DNA of 64,000 nucleotides from contig CALMJK010000005.1 of assembly GCA_937864225.1 (NCBI GenBank), positions 456,212 through 520,211 of the forward strand, given 5' to 3'. Position 1 is the first letter of the stretch, and each line of letters opens with the position of its first letter. The translations under genes and the position numbers were made by a program. The notes under the pieces were generated by a model. The model saw only the letters and a list, made by a program, of their open reading frames with translations, had not been told where the DNA came from and ran no database searches. This DNA is from an uncultured bacterium (GTDB taxonomy: Bacteria; Krumholzibacteriota; Krumholzibacteriia; LZORAL124-64-63). Shown piece after piece: positions 44,648-54,566 of the stretch.

Positions 44648-45598
44648 ATGGCTGTCACTCTGCAACAGCTCACGAAGCACGACGACCTCCTGGCCGGCGG
44701 TCACCGCGCCTGCGCCGGCTGCACGGGGGCCAACATCCTGCGCCAGGTCTTGCTGACCGCGGGCCGGGACACGGTCCTGGGCTGCGCCACCGGCTGCATG
44801 GAAGTCATCACCACGATCTATCCGTACACGGCGTGGCGGATCCCGTTCATCCACAGCGCTTTCGAGAATTCCGCGGCCACGGTTTCCGGCGCGGAGACGG
44901 CTTTCCGCGCGCTCAAGAAGCGGGGTGAGCTGCCCGTGGCCCGCGAGCGGATCAATTTCATCGCCATGGGCGGCGACGGCGGCACCTACGACATCGGCCT
45001 GCAGTCGCTTTCTGGCGCGATGGAGCGCGGTCACAACATGGTCTACATCTGCTACGACAACGAGGCCTACATGAACACCGGCATCCAGCGGTCGAGCGCG
45101 ACGCCCTTCGGCGCCCACACCTCGACGGCCCCGGCCGGGAAGGTCAGGCAGGGCAAGGAGCAGCATCGCAAGGACCTGACGCGCATCATGGTCGCGCACA
45201 ACATCCCCTATGCCGCGCAGACCACGCCCTTCCACTGGCGCGATCTGGCCGCCAAGGTGCAGAAGGCGCTCGACACGCCCGGTCCCGCGTTCATCAACGT
45301 GTTGATGCCGTGCACGGTGGGTTGGCACTTCGAGATGGCGCTGGGCATGGAGATGGCGCGCATCGCCGTCGAGACCAATTTCTGGCCGCTGTTCGAGGTC
45401 GAGAACGGGCAGTACAAGCTCAACCACAAGCCCAAGCAGCGGACGCCCATCGTCGAGTGGCTCAAGGCGCAAGGGCGGTTCAAGCACCTGTTCAAACCGG
45501 GCAACGAGGCGATCATCGAGGAACTGCAGCGCCGCGTGGACGCTGATTGGGAGAAGCTCCTGCGCGAAGCGGGCGAGCCGGCCGCCACGCCGGCCTGA
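44648..45598 (+). CDS. porB: 2-oxoacid:ferredoxin oxidoreductase beta subunit (TPP-binding)
   Basis: CAGCTGAN…GGDGGTYDIG TPP/Fe-S motifs. Confidence 0.9.
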   Translation: MAVTLQQLTKHDDLLAGGHRACAGCTGANILRQVLLTAGRDTVLGCATGCMEVITTIYPYTAWRIPFIHSAFENSAATVSGAETAFRALKKRGELPVARERINFIAMGGDGGTYDIGLQSLSGAMERGHNMVYICYDNEAYMNTGIQRSSATPFGAHTSTAPAGKVRQGKEQHRKDLTRIMVAHNIPYAAQTTPFHWRDLAAKVQKALDTPGPAFINVLMPCTVGWHFEMALGMEMARIAVETNFWPLFEVENGQYKLNHKPKQRTPIVEWLKAQGRFKHLFKPGNEAIIEELQRRVDADWEKLLREAGEPAATPA

Positions 45599-45704
45599 CC
45601 CCCGGAGCGCCCTTGGTCGCCGTGGACGAGAGCCCTGCCGCCGCCGGCGGTCGGGCTGTCGTCCGCGGCCGTGCTCGTGTCGGTTTCAACGGGAGGTCGT
45701 TGTT

Positions 45705-47585
45705 TTGAAACGCATCGTCTTGCTTCGCGGCGCGATCGTCGCGCTCCTGTCGTGCTCGGCGGTCGTCGCCGCGTCGGCGGCGTCGAAGACGCCCATCGCG
45801 AGCCTGGACGACCTGCCCCGGCACGCGTACAAGATCGAGGGCACCGTCAGCGCTCTGCTCGCCGACGACGTCGCGTTCGGCGATTTCTGCGCGCGCGTGC
45901 GGGCGGACGTCGAGTCCGACCTCGCCACGTACGAGATCGGCGACAAGTCGGCGATGCAGCGCCTGCTCAACACGCTGCTCTCGCTCGACATGCTGGACGG
46001 GCGCGACGACGACGCGTTGAGTCGCGTGGAAGCCGTGCGCGCGTTGGAGGACAAGGAGGCGACGCGCCTGACCATGGGTCTGGTGGCGAGATCCTGGATC
46101 GCGACCAAGCGCGCGACCCAGACAGACGCGGCGCACCCGGCTTTCCGCACCACATTCCGCTTGGCGATGGACCGGGAACTGGCCGCTCTGCCCGCCGAAC
46201 TGGTGCGCGACCACATCCAATCCCAGAAGGGGCGCCTGGAGCTGATGAGTCCGGCGTTGATCCTGGGCTCGGTGCAGAGCCACCTCGACCCCGTGGTCGC
46301 GGCCGCGGGCGAGGTGAGTTCCGATCTGGCCGGCCAGATCATCGGCATGGGCGCGGCGATGCGCACGGTGCTTCCCTTGAAGGACGAACTGGTGGCGGCC
46401 TATGCCGCGTTCCTGGCCGCCGGCGTGGAGACGGTGGAGGACATCTGGGCCGCTCGCGACGTATCCCTGGAGGGGCGATCGGATCTGACGGCCGTCACGA
46501 TCGCGATCTGGGACTCCGGCGTGGATGTTGACGTGTTCGCCGGCCGGCTGTTCACCAACGCGGCGGAGACGCCGGACGGACGCGACGACGACGGAAACGG
46601 CTTCGTGGACGACGTCCACGGCATCGCCTGGGACTACGAGGGCCTGGCGTCGCCGGAACTCCTGCATCCGCTGGGGGACCAGACGGGTCGTCTCGAAACG
46701 GCCATGCAGTCGATGAAGGGCTACACGGACCTGACATCGGGCATCGAAAGCCCGGAGGTCGCCGTGCTGCGGGCGCGGATGGGCGGCATGTCCCCCGAAG
46801 AGGTCGGGCCGTTCATGGAATCGCTCAGCTTCGCCGGCTTGCACGCGCACGGGACCCACGTCGCGGGCATCGCGCTGGCCGGCAATCCGGCGGCGCAGGT
46901 GCTCGTGGCGCGGATCGCCTTCGACTACCATGCGCTCCCCAGGCCGCTCACGCGCGAGTCGGTGCTGCGCCACGCCGAGTCGTACGCGCGCGCGGTCGAG
47001 TATTTCAAAGCCCACGGCGTGCGGGGCGTGAACATGAGCTGGGGCTGGTCCCTGAAGGAGATCGAGTCGATCCTCGAGGCGAACAACCTCGGCGGCGACG
47101 CGCAGCAGCGGGCGGCGCTGGCCGCGGAACTGCTGGGCATTCTGCGCGACGCGATGAGGCAGGCGATGGCCTCCGCGCCGGAGATCCTGTTCGTGGCGGC
47201 CGCCGGCAATGAGGACAACGACGTGGATTTCGATCAATCGATTCCGGGTTGCATCGACCTGCCCAATCTGCTGATGGTCGGCGCCGTCAACCAGGCGGGC
47301 CGCAGGACCGGATTCACGAGCAGCGGGCGCAACGTGCAGGTCTACGCCAACGGGTTCGAAGTCGAGAGCTTCGTGCCGGGCGGACAGCGCATGAAATTGT
47401 CGGGCACCTCGATGGCTTCGCCCAACGCGCTCAATCTGGCGGCCAAGCTCTGGGCGCTGCGCCCGGACCTGACGCCGGAGCAGGTGATCGATCTGATCAA
47501 GCGCGGCGCCGACGCCGTGGAGGGGCAAACACAGCTGCGCCTGCTGAATCCGCAGGCGACCGTGGAGTTGTTGGCACAGGGCTGA
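45705..47585 (+). CDS. Secreted S8 family serine peptidase (subtilase) with ~250-aa N-terminal extension
   Basis: Signal peptide; catalytic triad context IWDSGVD, HGTHVAGIA, GTSMASP; TTG start after GGGAGG. Confidence 0.85.
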   Translation: MKRIVLLRGAIVALLSCSAVVAASAASKTPIASLDDLPRHAYKIEGTVSALLADDVAFGDFCARVRADVESDLATYEIGDKSAMQRLLNTLLSLDMLDGRDDDALSRVEAVRALEDKEATRLTMGLVARSWIATKRATQTDAAHPAFRTTFRLAMDRELAALPAELVRDHIQSQKGRLELMSPALILGSVQSHLDPVVAAAGEVSSDLAGQIIGMGAAMRTVLPLKDELVAAYAAFLAAGVETVEDIWAARDVSLEGRSDLTAVTIAIWDSGVDVDVFAGRLFTNAAETPDGRDDDGNGFVDDVHGIAWDYEGLASPELLHPLGDQTGRLETAMQSMKGYTDLTSGIESPEVAVLRARMGGMSPEEVGPFMESLSFAGLHAHGTHVAGIALAGNPAAQVLVARIAFDYHALPRPLTRESVLRHAESYARAVEYFKAHGVRGVNMSWGWSLKEIESILEANNLGGDAQQRAALAAELLGILRDAMRQAMASAPEILFVAAAGNEDNDVDFDQSIPGCIDLPNLLMVGAVNQAGRRTGFTSSGRNVQVYANGFEVESFVPGGQRMKLSGTSMASPNALNLAAKLWALRPDLTPEQVIDLIKRGADAVEGQTQLRLLNPQATVELLAQG

Positions 47586-47623
47586 GCGGGTTGCCCGTCC
47601 GCAGCGGGCCATTCGTCTCCGCG

Positions 47624-47664
47624 CGGCGCGGGGCGCGCCCGAGGGCTCGCCCCGCGCCGGTTTT
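47624..47664 (+). terminator. Rho-independent terminator after S8 peptidase
   Basis: CGGCGCGGGGCG…CGCCCCGCGCCG 12-bp stem followed by GTTTTGG. Confidence 0.6.
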
Positions 47665-47712
47665 GGCGCCGGCGCTGGACAACGGGACCGGGTCGGCCTA
47701 CTGTCGGTCACC

Positions 47713-48297
47713 ATGAAGATCGCATTCATCGGCGCCCACGGCGTCGGCAAGACCACGCTCTGCTTCGAACTGGCGGCCTGCCTGAAACGGCTCGACCTGA
47801 GCGTCGACGTCGTGAAGGAGGTCGCCCGGGCGTGCCCGCTGCCGATCAACCGCGACACGAACGTCGCGGCGCAATCGTGGATCCTGCACACGCAAGTGGC
47901 GCGCGAGATCGAGCTAGCGGCGCGTTACGAGGCGATCGTCTGTGATCGGTCGGTCGTGGACAATTACGCCTACCTCGTGCACGCGGCCGGCCGCCGCGCC
48001 GAATTGGAGCCGCTGCTGCGCCACTGGATGGGCACCTACACGCTCCTGGTGAAGGTCCCGGTCATCAAGCCTCCCAGCTTCGACGGCACCCGCGACATGT
48101 CGGTGGACTTCCAAAACGCCATCGACCACACCATCGACGAATTGCTCGATGCCTTCGGGCTGGCTCGCCTGAGCCTCGGCTCGCGCGACCGGGACGGCTG
48201 GATCGAGGCCGTGCTGGGACGGCTCGGCCTGCCGCTGCATCCCCCGCAGTTGGACCTGTTCAACCAGGCGGGGCGGCGCCGGCGGGCGGGGCGCTGA
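47713..48297 (+). CDS. P-loop NTPase (AAA_28 / NadR-like kinase-type ATP-binding protein)
   Basis: Walker A IAFIGAHGVGKTTL near N-terminus, Walker B-like IVCDRSVVD. Confidence 0.75.
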   Translation: MKIAFIGAHGVGKTTLCFELAACLKRLDLSVDVVKEVARACPLPINRDTNVAAQSWILHTQVAREIELAARYEAIVCDRSVVDNYAYLVHAAGRRAELEPLLRHWMGTYTLLVKVPVIKPPSFDGTRDMSVDFQNAIDHTIDELLDAFGLARLSLGSRDRDGWIEAVLGRLGLPLHPPQLDLFNQAGRRRRAGR

Positions 48298-48535
48298 CGG
48301 GGCTGCCCCGGCGAAATCAGATCAGACTATTTTAATCCCGTTATCGGGTCAATTTGGCGCGAATTATGCAGTTACGCTCCCACCGACGCCCGCTGGCGGC
48401 CCGCCGCGCCGACCCGGACTTGCGGCCGCCGCGCGGCGGTCCGACATTGCAACCGCTGCCTTGCCGCGGGAACCGCGCCCGGTCCCGCCGCCCTCCGGGA
48501 GAACGACCGCCTTGCACACTGCAACCCTGCGCGTC

Positions 48536-49393
48536 ATGACGTTCAACCTGCTCACCTCCACGCAGCTGCGCCGGAGCCATCCGTGGCGTCTGCGCAAACG
48601 CGGCATCGCCCGGATCTTCCGGCACTACGGGCCGGACGTGGTCGGCACGCAGGAAGCGAATCTGCCGCAATTGCTCGAACTGGCCGAGCTGCTGCCCGAA
48701 TACGATTTCGTGGGCGAGGGGAACCTGGCCCACACCGATCTCTCCGGCTCCCTGCGCGACTGGTACTGCGCGATCTTCTACCGGCGCGACCGCGTGCGTC
48801 CGGCCGAAGGCGAGAGCGACACCTGGTGGCTGTCGCCCACGCCGGCCGTGCCGGCGTCTCGCTTCCTCCTCGGCACGCGGCCCCGCGTGGTGACGTGGCA
48901 CAGCTTCGAATTGATTCCCGCCGGGCGCGAATTCGTCATGGGCACGACCCACCTCGAGGCCTTCAACGGCCTGACGCGCCGGCGCAGCGCGACCCTCCTG
49001 CGCGATTACGTGACCGACCGGGTGCGCCGCCTGGGCGCCGGCACGCCTCTGTTCCTGACCGGAGATTTCAACGCCGTCGCGAATTCGCCCGAGATCCGCG
49101 CCCTGTTCGGGGCGCATCGCCCCGGCGTGCCGCTCTTCGACGCGTGGCGCGAGGCGGGTCCCGCCGACCCCGACGCGGGCGCGACGTTCCGCGGCCTGGG
49201 CCGGTGGCGAGGCGTCAAGCGCGCCATGTTGGGACCGCGCCGGATCGACTATGTCTTCTACCGGCCACGCCTGGAGGTCGCCCGCGTGGAGCGGGTCGAT
49301 TTCGACCGCCTGATCGGACACGAGCGGGCGCGACCCTCGGATCATTTCCCCGTCGTCGCCGATTTCCGGCTATCCGGCGCGCTCCAGGCCTGA
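48536..49393 (+). CDS. Endonuclease/exonuclease/phosphatase (EEP) family protein
   Basis: MTFNLLT…GTQE…LTGDFNAV…SDHFPV motifs. Confidence 0.8.
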   Translation: MTFNLLTSTQLRRSHPWRLRKRGIARIFRHYGPDVVGTQEANLPQLLELAELLPEYDFVGEGNLAHTDLSGSLRDWYCAIFYRRDRVRPAEGESDTWWLSPTPAVPASRFLLGTRPRVVTWHSFELIPAGREFVMGTTHLEAFNGLTRRRSATLLRDYVTDRVRRLGAGTPLFLTGDFNAVANSPEIRALFGAHRPGVPLFDAWREAGPADPDAGATFRGLGRWRGVKRAMLGPRRIDYVFYRPRLEVARVERVDFDRLIGHERARPSDHFPVVADFRLSGALQA

Positions 49394-49440
49394 ATCCGGC
49401 CGTCCGTCCCCCTGCCGGCGACCGGCGGCGCGCTGGGCTC

Positions 49441-49468
49441 TTGCGCTTCCCCGCGCGCGGGCTAAGAT
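49441..49468 (+). promoter_or_regulatory. Candidate sigma70 promoter TTGCGC-N16-TAAGAT upstream of cupin gene
   Basis: Read directly; GAGGAGG RBS before ATG 49520. Confidence 0.4.
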
Positions 49469-49519
49469 GTGCGCGAAACGATTGAGCGACGGCCTCGAGG
49501 CTTGTGCGAGGAGGAGCGC

Positions 49520-49882
49520 ATGGAGACAGGCAAGACACGCGCCGACAATGGCAACCTCTGGCCCCCGGAAATCAAGGCCTTGCCCAAGGTCGTCGTGCCG
49601 GTGTCCGGAGTCACCGGACATTGTCTCAGGGACGGCACCCGGCAGATCGTCTTCTTCGAGATCGATGAGGGCACTTCCTTTCCCGACCACAGCCACTGCG
49701 CGCAGTGGGGGACGGTCGTGGCGGGAGAGCTGACCCTCGAGGTCGGGGGCCAGGTGGAACTGTTCGGGCCCGGCGACACCTATCACATCCCGGAGGGAGC
49801 CAAGCACCGCGCCTCCTTCAGCAAGCGCACGTATCTCATCGATTTCTTCGGCGCGCCCGATCGGTACCCGGTCCAGGCGTAG
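49520..49882 (+). CDS. Cupin domain protein
   Basis: Cupin motifs …FPDHSHCAQWGTVVAGE…GPGDTYHIPEGAKH…. Confidence 0.75.
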   Translation: METGKTRADNGNLWPPEIKALPKVVVPVSGVTGHCLRDGTRQIVFFEIDEGTSFPDHSHCAQWGTVVAGELTLEVGGQVELFGPGDTYHIPEGAKHRASFSKRTYLIDFFGAPDRYPVQA

Positions 49883-49904
49883 CGCCGCCACGGAGAGGCC
49901 CGTC

Positions 49905-51095
49905 ATGAGCACCGACCCAGGCGGGCGGGCGCGTTTGCGCACGCGCGTCGTCCACCACTCGCCGGCCGCGCCGGCCTCGGAACCGGTCTCCACCGCCCTC
50001 TACCAGAGCGCCACCTTCCGCCTGCAGGATGCCGCCACGGGCGGGCGCTACGCCGAGACGGTGCAGCCGACGGCGTTCTACACGCGCTGGGGCAACCCCA
50101 CGACCGAAGTGTGGGAGAAGGCCGTGGCCGACGCCGAAGGGGGCGAGCGCGCCCTGGCGTTCGCTTCGGGCATGGCGGCCATCAGCACCAGCCTGTTGGC
50201 CTGCCTCGAGCCCGGCGATCACGTCGTCGCGGCGGACTCCCTCTACGCCGCCACCATCGAGCTCCTCAATCGCGATCTGCGCGCCCTGGGCGTCGAGGTC
50301 GATTTCGTGGATCCGCGCGACCCCGACGCCTTCGCCCGCGCCACGCGACCGCGCACGCGCCTCTACTATGTCGAGACGCCGGACAATCCCAAGCTGGTCC
50401 TGACGGACATCGCCGCCGTGGCGGCCGCGGCGCGCGCGCGCGGGATCCTCCTGTTCGCCGACAACACCTTCGCCTCGCCCATCAACCAGAACCCGCTCGC
50501 GCTGGGGGCGGACCTCGTGCTGCACAGCGCGACGAAGTACCTCTCGGGACATTCCGACGTGGTGGCCGGGGTCGCCGTGGGCGGGCAGGAGCTGATCGAG
50601 CGCATCTGGCGCAAGCAGAAGGTGCTGGGCGGCTGCCTGGATCCCTTCGCCGCCTGGCTCCTGCTGCGCGGCATGAAGACGCTGGCGGTCCGCGTCGAGC
50701 GCCACAACGAGAACGCCCTCGCCGTCGCACGCTTCCTGGCCGCTCACCCGGCGGTCGAGCGGGTGCACTACCCGGGCCTGCCCGAGCACCCCCAGCACGC
50801 CTTGGCGGCGCGCCAGATGCGGGGATTCGGCGGCATGGTCGGGTGCGAGCTGCGCGGCGGCCGTCAAGCGGGTCTGCGCCTCGTGGAGTCGACCCGGTTG
50901 ATGGTGCTGGCGGTCAGTCTCGGCGGCGTCGAGACGCTGATCGAACACGCGGCGTCGATGACGCACGGGCCGCTCAGCGACGAAGAACTGGCGCGAGCCG
51001 GCGTCGCGCCGGGCCTCGTCCGCATCTCGGTCGGCATCGAGGACGCGGACGACCTCACCGCCGATCTCGCGCAGGCGCTGGCGCGCTGCCGTTGA
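49905..51095 (+). CDS. Cys/Met-metabolism PLP-dependent enzyme (cystathionine gamma-synthase/lyase or methionine gamma-lyase family)
   Basis: …SATKYLSGHSDVVAGVAV… PLP-lysine context; fold-type I trans-sulfuration family. Confidence 0.85.
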   Translation: MSTDPGGRARLRTRVVHHSPAAPASEPVSTALYQSATFRLQDAATGGRYAETVQPTAFYTRWGNPTTEVWEKAVADAEGGERALAFASGMAAISTSLLACLEPGDHVVAADSLYAATIELLNRDLRALGVEVDFVDPRDPDAFARATRPRTRLYYVETPDNPKLVLTDIAAVAAAARARGILLFADNTFASPINQNPLALGADLVLHSATKYLSGHSDVVAGVAVGGQELIERIWRKQKVLGGCLDPFAAWLLLRGMKTLAVRVERHNENALAVARFLAAHPAVERVHYPGLPEHPQHALAARQMRGFGGMVGCELRGGRQAGLRLVESTRLMVLAVSLGGVETLIEHAASMTHGPLSDEELARAGVAPGLVRISVGIEDADDLTADLAQALARCR

Positions 51096-52701
51096 TCGGC
51101 GCCGCGAGGCGGCCGTCTCCCTCGATGAGGCGAAACACTTCCCACTGGGGGTCGACGAGGATCGCGGACGGCCGGGGATCCACCGGCAGGCGCCAGGTCG
51201 CCTCGGTATGGTCCATTACGACCCAGACGGCGGGGGCCGAGCTGCCGGCCGGCTGGATCGGCAGCCGCAGAGGCCAGGGCGAGCGCTGCCGAAGGCCGCG
51301 GGACGTCGGGCGCGAGACCAGCTGCGCGACGGTCAGACGCACTTCCCGCCGGGAGCGATCGTAGCCTGCTTCGCGGATTTCGAAGCGGGGGGCGCCGGTC
51401 TGCTCGAGCCAGGCTCCGAACAGCGGCGCGAGCCGGGTGTCGCCCGGCACGGCCAAACAGGCGTACACGTCCGCCCAGGTGGCCGCCGCGCCGCGCCGTC
51501 GCGCCAGCAATTCCCGCCAGCCCGCGTGGAAACGCTCCGCTCCCACCTCGCGCCTGAGCGCCAGCTGGAAGAAGAGGCCCTTGCCGTAGGTGAGGGGAGC
51601 CGAGGCCGGATCGGCGGCGGGGCAATCCGCCAGCGGCACGTCGCGCGGCCCCCCGGCCAGCTGGGTGAACTGCCAGAGCAGACCGTGCCTGAAGGTCGCC
51701 GCGGCCGCCGGGTCGGCATGGGCGCGCAGGTCGTGGTCGGCCAGCAGCGCGCATAGACCCTCGCTCCAGTCTCCTTGCGCGGGCGCGCGCACGGCCAACC
51801 CGAACCAGCCGTGCAACAGCTCGTGCAGCAGCGCCACGTCGGCCGCCAGACTCGTGTCCGCGCGCGCCGAGGCCGGCAGCTCGATCAATCCCGGCCAGCT
51901 GCGGGGCGCCGCGGCCGGATCGGCGTCCGCCACCACGAGCAAGCGTTGCCAGGGCCAGGGTCCCCAGGCGCGCTCGGCCCAGGCCAACAGACGCAGCGCG
52001 CGTCGCGCCAGCGGGCCGGCGTCGGCCCCCGGCTCCGCCGCCAGACAGGCCAACGCGGTGGCGTCGCCCGCCGTGGACGCGCGCCACGGCAGCGGACCGT
52101 CGCGCGAGACCACAAGACATGGGCAGACGCAGGGCAGGGGCACGGCGACGACCGCGCCGCCGGCCTCGTCGTCGACGGCCCGGCCCGCGCCCCCCACGGA
52201 CGCGGGGTCGCAGCCCGGCAGCTCGATCACCCACCAGGGGGCCGCGCCGGGCGCGATAGGCAGGCAGCCCTGCCGCGGGTCCAGACGCAGGGCCCACGGG
52301 TCGGGGGCAGGCGGCGCGCCGTGGTAGCTGACGGTGAACCGGACCCTGGGCCGCTCAGCGGCGCCCGCCGCGGGAGGAGGCAGCGGCACGATCACGCGGC
52401 GGGCGGCGGCCTGGCCGGCCGCCGGCGGCGCGGTCTGCTCGCTCCAGGCGAGCGGGCCCGTCGTGCCGCGGACACTGTCGACGCCGAAATCCACCCCCAG
52501 CAGGAAGGCCGCCTCCGCGCCGGCGGCGGACGCGGCGTAGCTCAGCCGCGCGGTGGCGAAGAGCTGGCCGCTTCGCAGCTCGACGCGCACGCGCACCGAA
52601 TCGGGGTTCGTGCGCGGCAGCGCGGCGCCGGCCGACGCCGCCCAGGCCACGGTCAGGCCGGCCGCCAGCCAGGTCAGCTTCGCCAGACGGTTTCTTCGCA
52701 T
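51055..52701 (-). CDS. Secreted M1-like zinc metallopeptidase (HExxH)
   Basis: HELLHGWFG zinc motif; signal peptide from internal ATG (MRRNRLAKLTWLAAGL) at 52701 with GAGG RBS; track ORF extends to 52893. Confidence 0.7.
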   Translation of the reverse strand: MRRNRLAKLTWLAAGLTVAWAASAGAALPRTNPDSVRVRVELRSGQLFATARLSYAASAAGAEAAFLLGVDFGVDSVRGTTGPLAWSEQTAPPAAGQAAARRVIVPLPPPAAGAAERPRVRFTVSYHGAPPAPDPWALRLDPRQGCLPIAPGAAPWWVIELPGCDPASVGGAGRAVDDEAGGAVVAVPLPCVCPCLVVSRDGPLPWRASTAGDATALACLAAEPGADAGPLARRALRLLAWAERAWGPWPWQRLLVVADADPAAAPRSWPGLIELPASARADTSLAADVALLHELLHGWFGLAVRAPAQGDWSEGLCALLADHDLRAHADPAAAATFRHGLLWQFTQLAGGPRDVPLADCPAADPASAPLTYGKGLFFQLALRREVGAERFHAGWRELLARRRGAAATWADVYACLAVPGDTRLAPLFGAWLEQTGAPRFEIREAGYDRSRREVRLTVAQLVSRPTSRGLRQRSPWPLRLPIQPAGSSAPAVWVVMDHTEATWRLPVDPRPSAILVDPQWEVFRLIEGDGRLAAPINGSAPAPARDRR

Positions 52702-52913
52702 CGACGCTTCGCCTCGCTGTGAGGGGGGGCATGCCGCGCGCGTGGCCGCCAGCCTAAGCCGAGGTCGCCCGCCTGTCCACGCCGCGCTCGACCGCGGGCG
52801 CGTCGCGCCGCGGACCGCGCCGGCCGGGCGAGGCACCGCTGGCGTTTTTGCCCACGCTGGTGCTAGCCTCGACGGCGCGCGGGCGCGGCGCAAGCGCCAC
52901 GCGGGGGGTTGGC

Positions 52914-53573
52914 ATGACCGGCGGAACGGGATACTTCGCGCGACCTCGGCCCGAAATGGTGCCGTTCGTGCCTCCGGGCAGCCGCCGCATTCTCGAGGTG
53001 GGCTGCGGGCAGGGCGTGTTCGGCGCCCGGTTGCGCGCGGAGTTGGGGGCGCAGGTGTGGGGGATCGAACTGGATCCGCTGGCGGCCGCCATGGCGGCCG
53101 AACGTCTCGACCGCGTCCTGGTGGGCGATGCCTGCGCGCTGTCCGACACGCTCCCCGACGCGTTCTTCGACTGCGTCGTGCTCAACGACCTGCTCGAGCA
53201 CCTCGTCCAGCCCGAGTCCTTGCTGGCCCGCCTGCGGCCGAAGCTCGCGCCCGCCGGATGCGTCGTCGCGTCGCTGCCCAACGTGCGGCATTTCGCGAAT
53301 CTCTGGAATCTGGTCGTGAAGGGGGAATGGCGCTACGCGGACGAGGGGATTCTCGACCGCACGCACTTGCGCTTCTACACGCGGCGCAGCCTGCCCGTCC
53401 TCTTCGCCGCGGCAGGCTATTCCCTGGAAAGGGTGCAGGGCATCACGCCCACCCGCTCCTGGAAGTTCAGGATCTGCAACCTGCTCGCCCTCGGCCGGCT
53501 GGGCGAGACGCGCTGGCTGCAGTTCGCCTGCGTGGCCTTGCCCGCGCAGCCGCCGCCGGAGCGCCCCGCATGA
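52914..53573 (+). CDS. Class I SAM-dependent methyltransferase (Methyltransf_11-like)
   Basis: ILEVGCGQGVFG…GIELD… motif I/II; ATG 52914 (track TTG 52848 possible). Confidence 0.8.
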   Translation: MTGGTGYFARPRPEMVPFVPPGSRRILEVGCGQGVFGARLRAELGAQVWGIELDPLAAAMAAERLDRVLVGDACALSDTLPDAFFDCVVLNDLLEHLVQPESLLARLRPKLAPAGCVVASLPNVRHFANLWNLVVKGEWRYADEGILDRTHLRFYTRRSLPVLFAAAGYSLERVQGITPTRSWKFRICNLLALGRLGETRWLQFACVALPAQPPPERPA

Positions 53574-54448
53574 GCGTCGCGCCGGACATCCTGACCATCG
53601 ACGTCGAGGAATGGTTCCACGGGCACAATTACCTGCAGGCCGCGCCGCCCGCGCGCTGGGACGAACAGGAATCGCGCGTCGTCGCCAACACCGAGCGCTG
53701 CCTCGACCTGCTGGCGGCCCACGCCGTGCGCGCGACGTTCTTCGTGCTGGGGTGGGTGGCCGAGCGACAGCCCGGACTCGTGCGGCGCATCGCGGCGGCC
53801 GGGCACGAGATCGGTTGCCACAGCTATGGCCACCCCGAACTGCACCGTCTCGGCCGGGAGGAGTTCTCGGCGGACCTGGATCGCGCCCTGGCCGCCCTGC
53901 GCGCGGCCGGCGCGTCGGACGTGGCGGGCTATCGCGCGCCCAGCTTCACGCTGACACCAGCCGTCCACGGCTACCTCGAGGTCTTGCGCGCGCGCGGCCT
54001 GCGCTTCGACAGCTCGCTCTTCCCGATCCGGCACGCCCGCTACGGACAGCCGAGGTCGCCCCGCCTGCCGTTCCGTTTGGCAGGGCCGGGCGACTTCGTC
54101 GAGGTGCCGATGACCACGGCGCGCGTGGCCGGCGTGAACGTGCCGTTCTCAGGCGGCGGCTACCTGCGGATCCTGCCGCTGGCCGCCTACCGGGCGCTGC
54201 GGCGAGTCGCGCGGCGGCAGGGGGCGCCCTGCCTCATCTATTTCCACCCCTGGGAGCTGGATGACTGGCGCCCCGCGGCGGCCGGGCTGGCGCCGGCCAC
54301 GCGCTGGCGCAGCCAGGCGGGACAGCTTTCGATGCCGCGCAAGCTGGCGTCGCTGATCGGAAGCGGCGATTTTTGCACCCTGGGAGAGTATGTCGCCGCC
54401 CGTCTGGCGTCCGGCGATCTGCCGACGCGGGCGCTGCCCATGGCGTGA
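53570..54448 (+). CDS. Polysaccharide deacetylase family protein (NodB-like; resembles PEP-CTERM-locus subfamily)
   Basis: ATGA overlap with methyltransferase; DVEEWFH…TFFVLGWVAE…GHEIGCHSYGH… blocks. Confidence 0.8.
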   Translation: MSVAPDILTIDVEEWFHGHNYLQAAPPARWDEQESRVVANTERCLDLLAAHAVRATFFVLGWVAERQPGLVRRIAAAGHEIGCHSYGHPELHRLGREEFSADLDRALAALRAAGASDVAGYRAPSFTLTPAVHGYLEVLRARGLRFDSSLFPIRHARYGQPRSPRLPFRLAGPGDFVEVPMTTARVAGVNVPFSGGGYLRILPLAAYRALRRVARRQGAPCLIYFHPWELDDWRPAAAGLAPATRWRSQAGQLSMPRKLASLIGSGDFCTLGEYVAARLASGDLPTRALPMA

Positions 54449-54566
54449 TCGCCAGGCGCGTCGCAGACAGACGCGGCGGCGCGCGGTATGCTGCTGACCG
54501 AACTGCGCGTGGGTTTCGCCTCCGACGCCACGGCTCGCGATCTGGACCAACGCCGGGAGTGCACCG

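Noticed and set aside
45513-47891. 792-aa minus-strand ORF
   Set aside because: Antisense to the S8 peptidase gene (clear D/H/S triad on plus strand).
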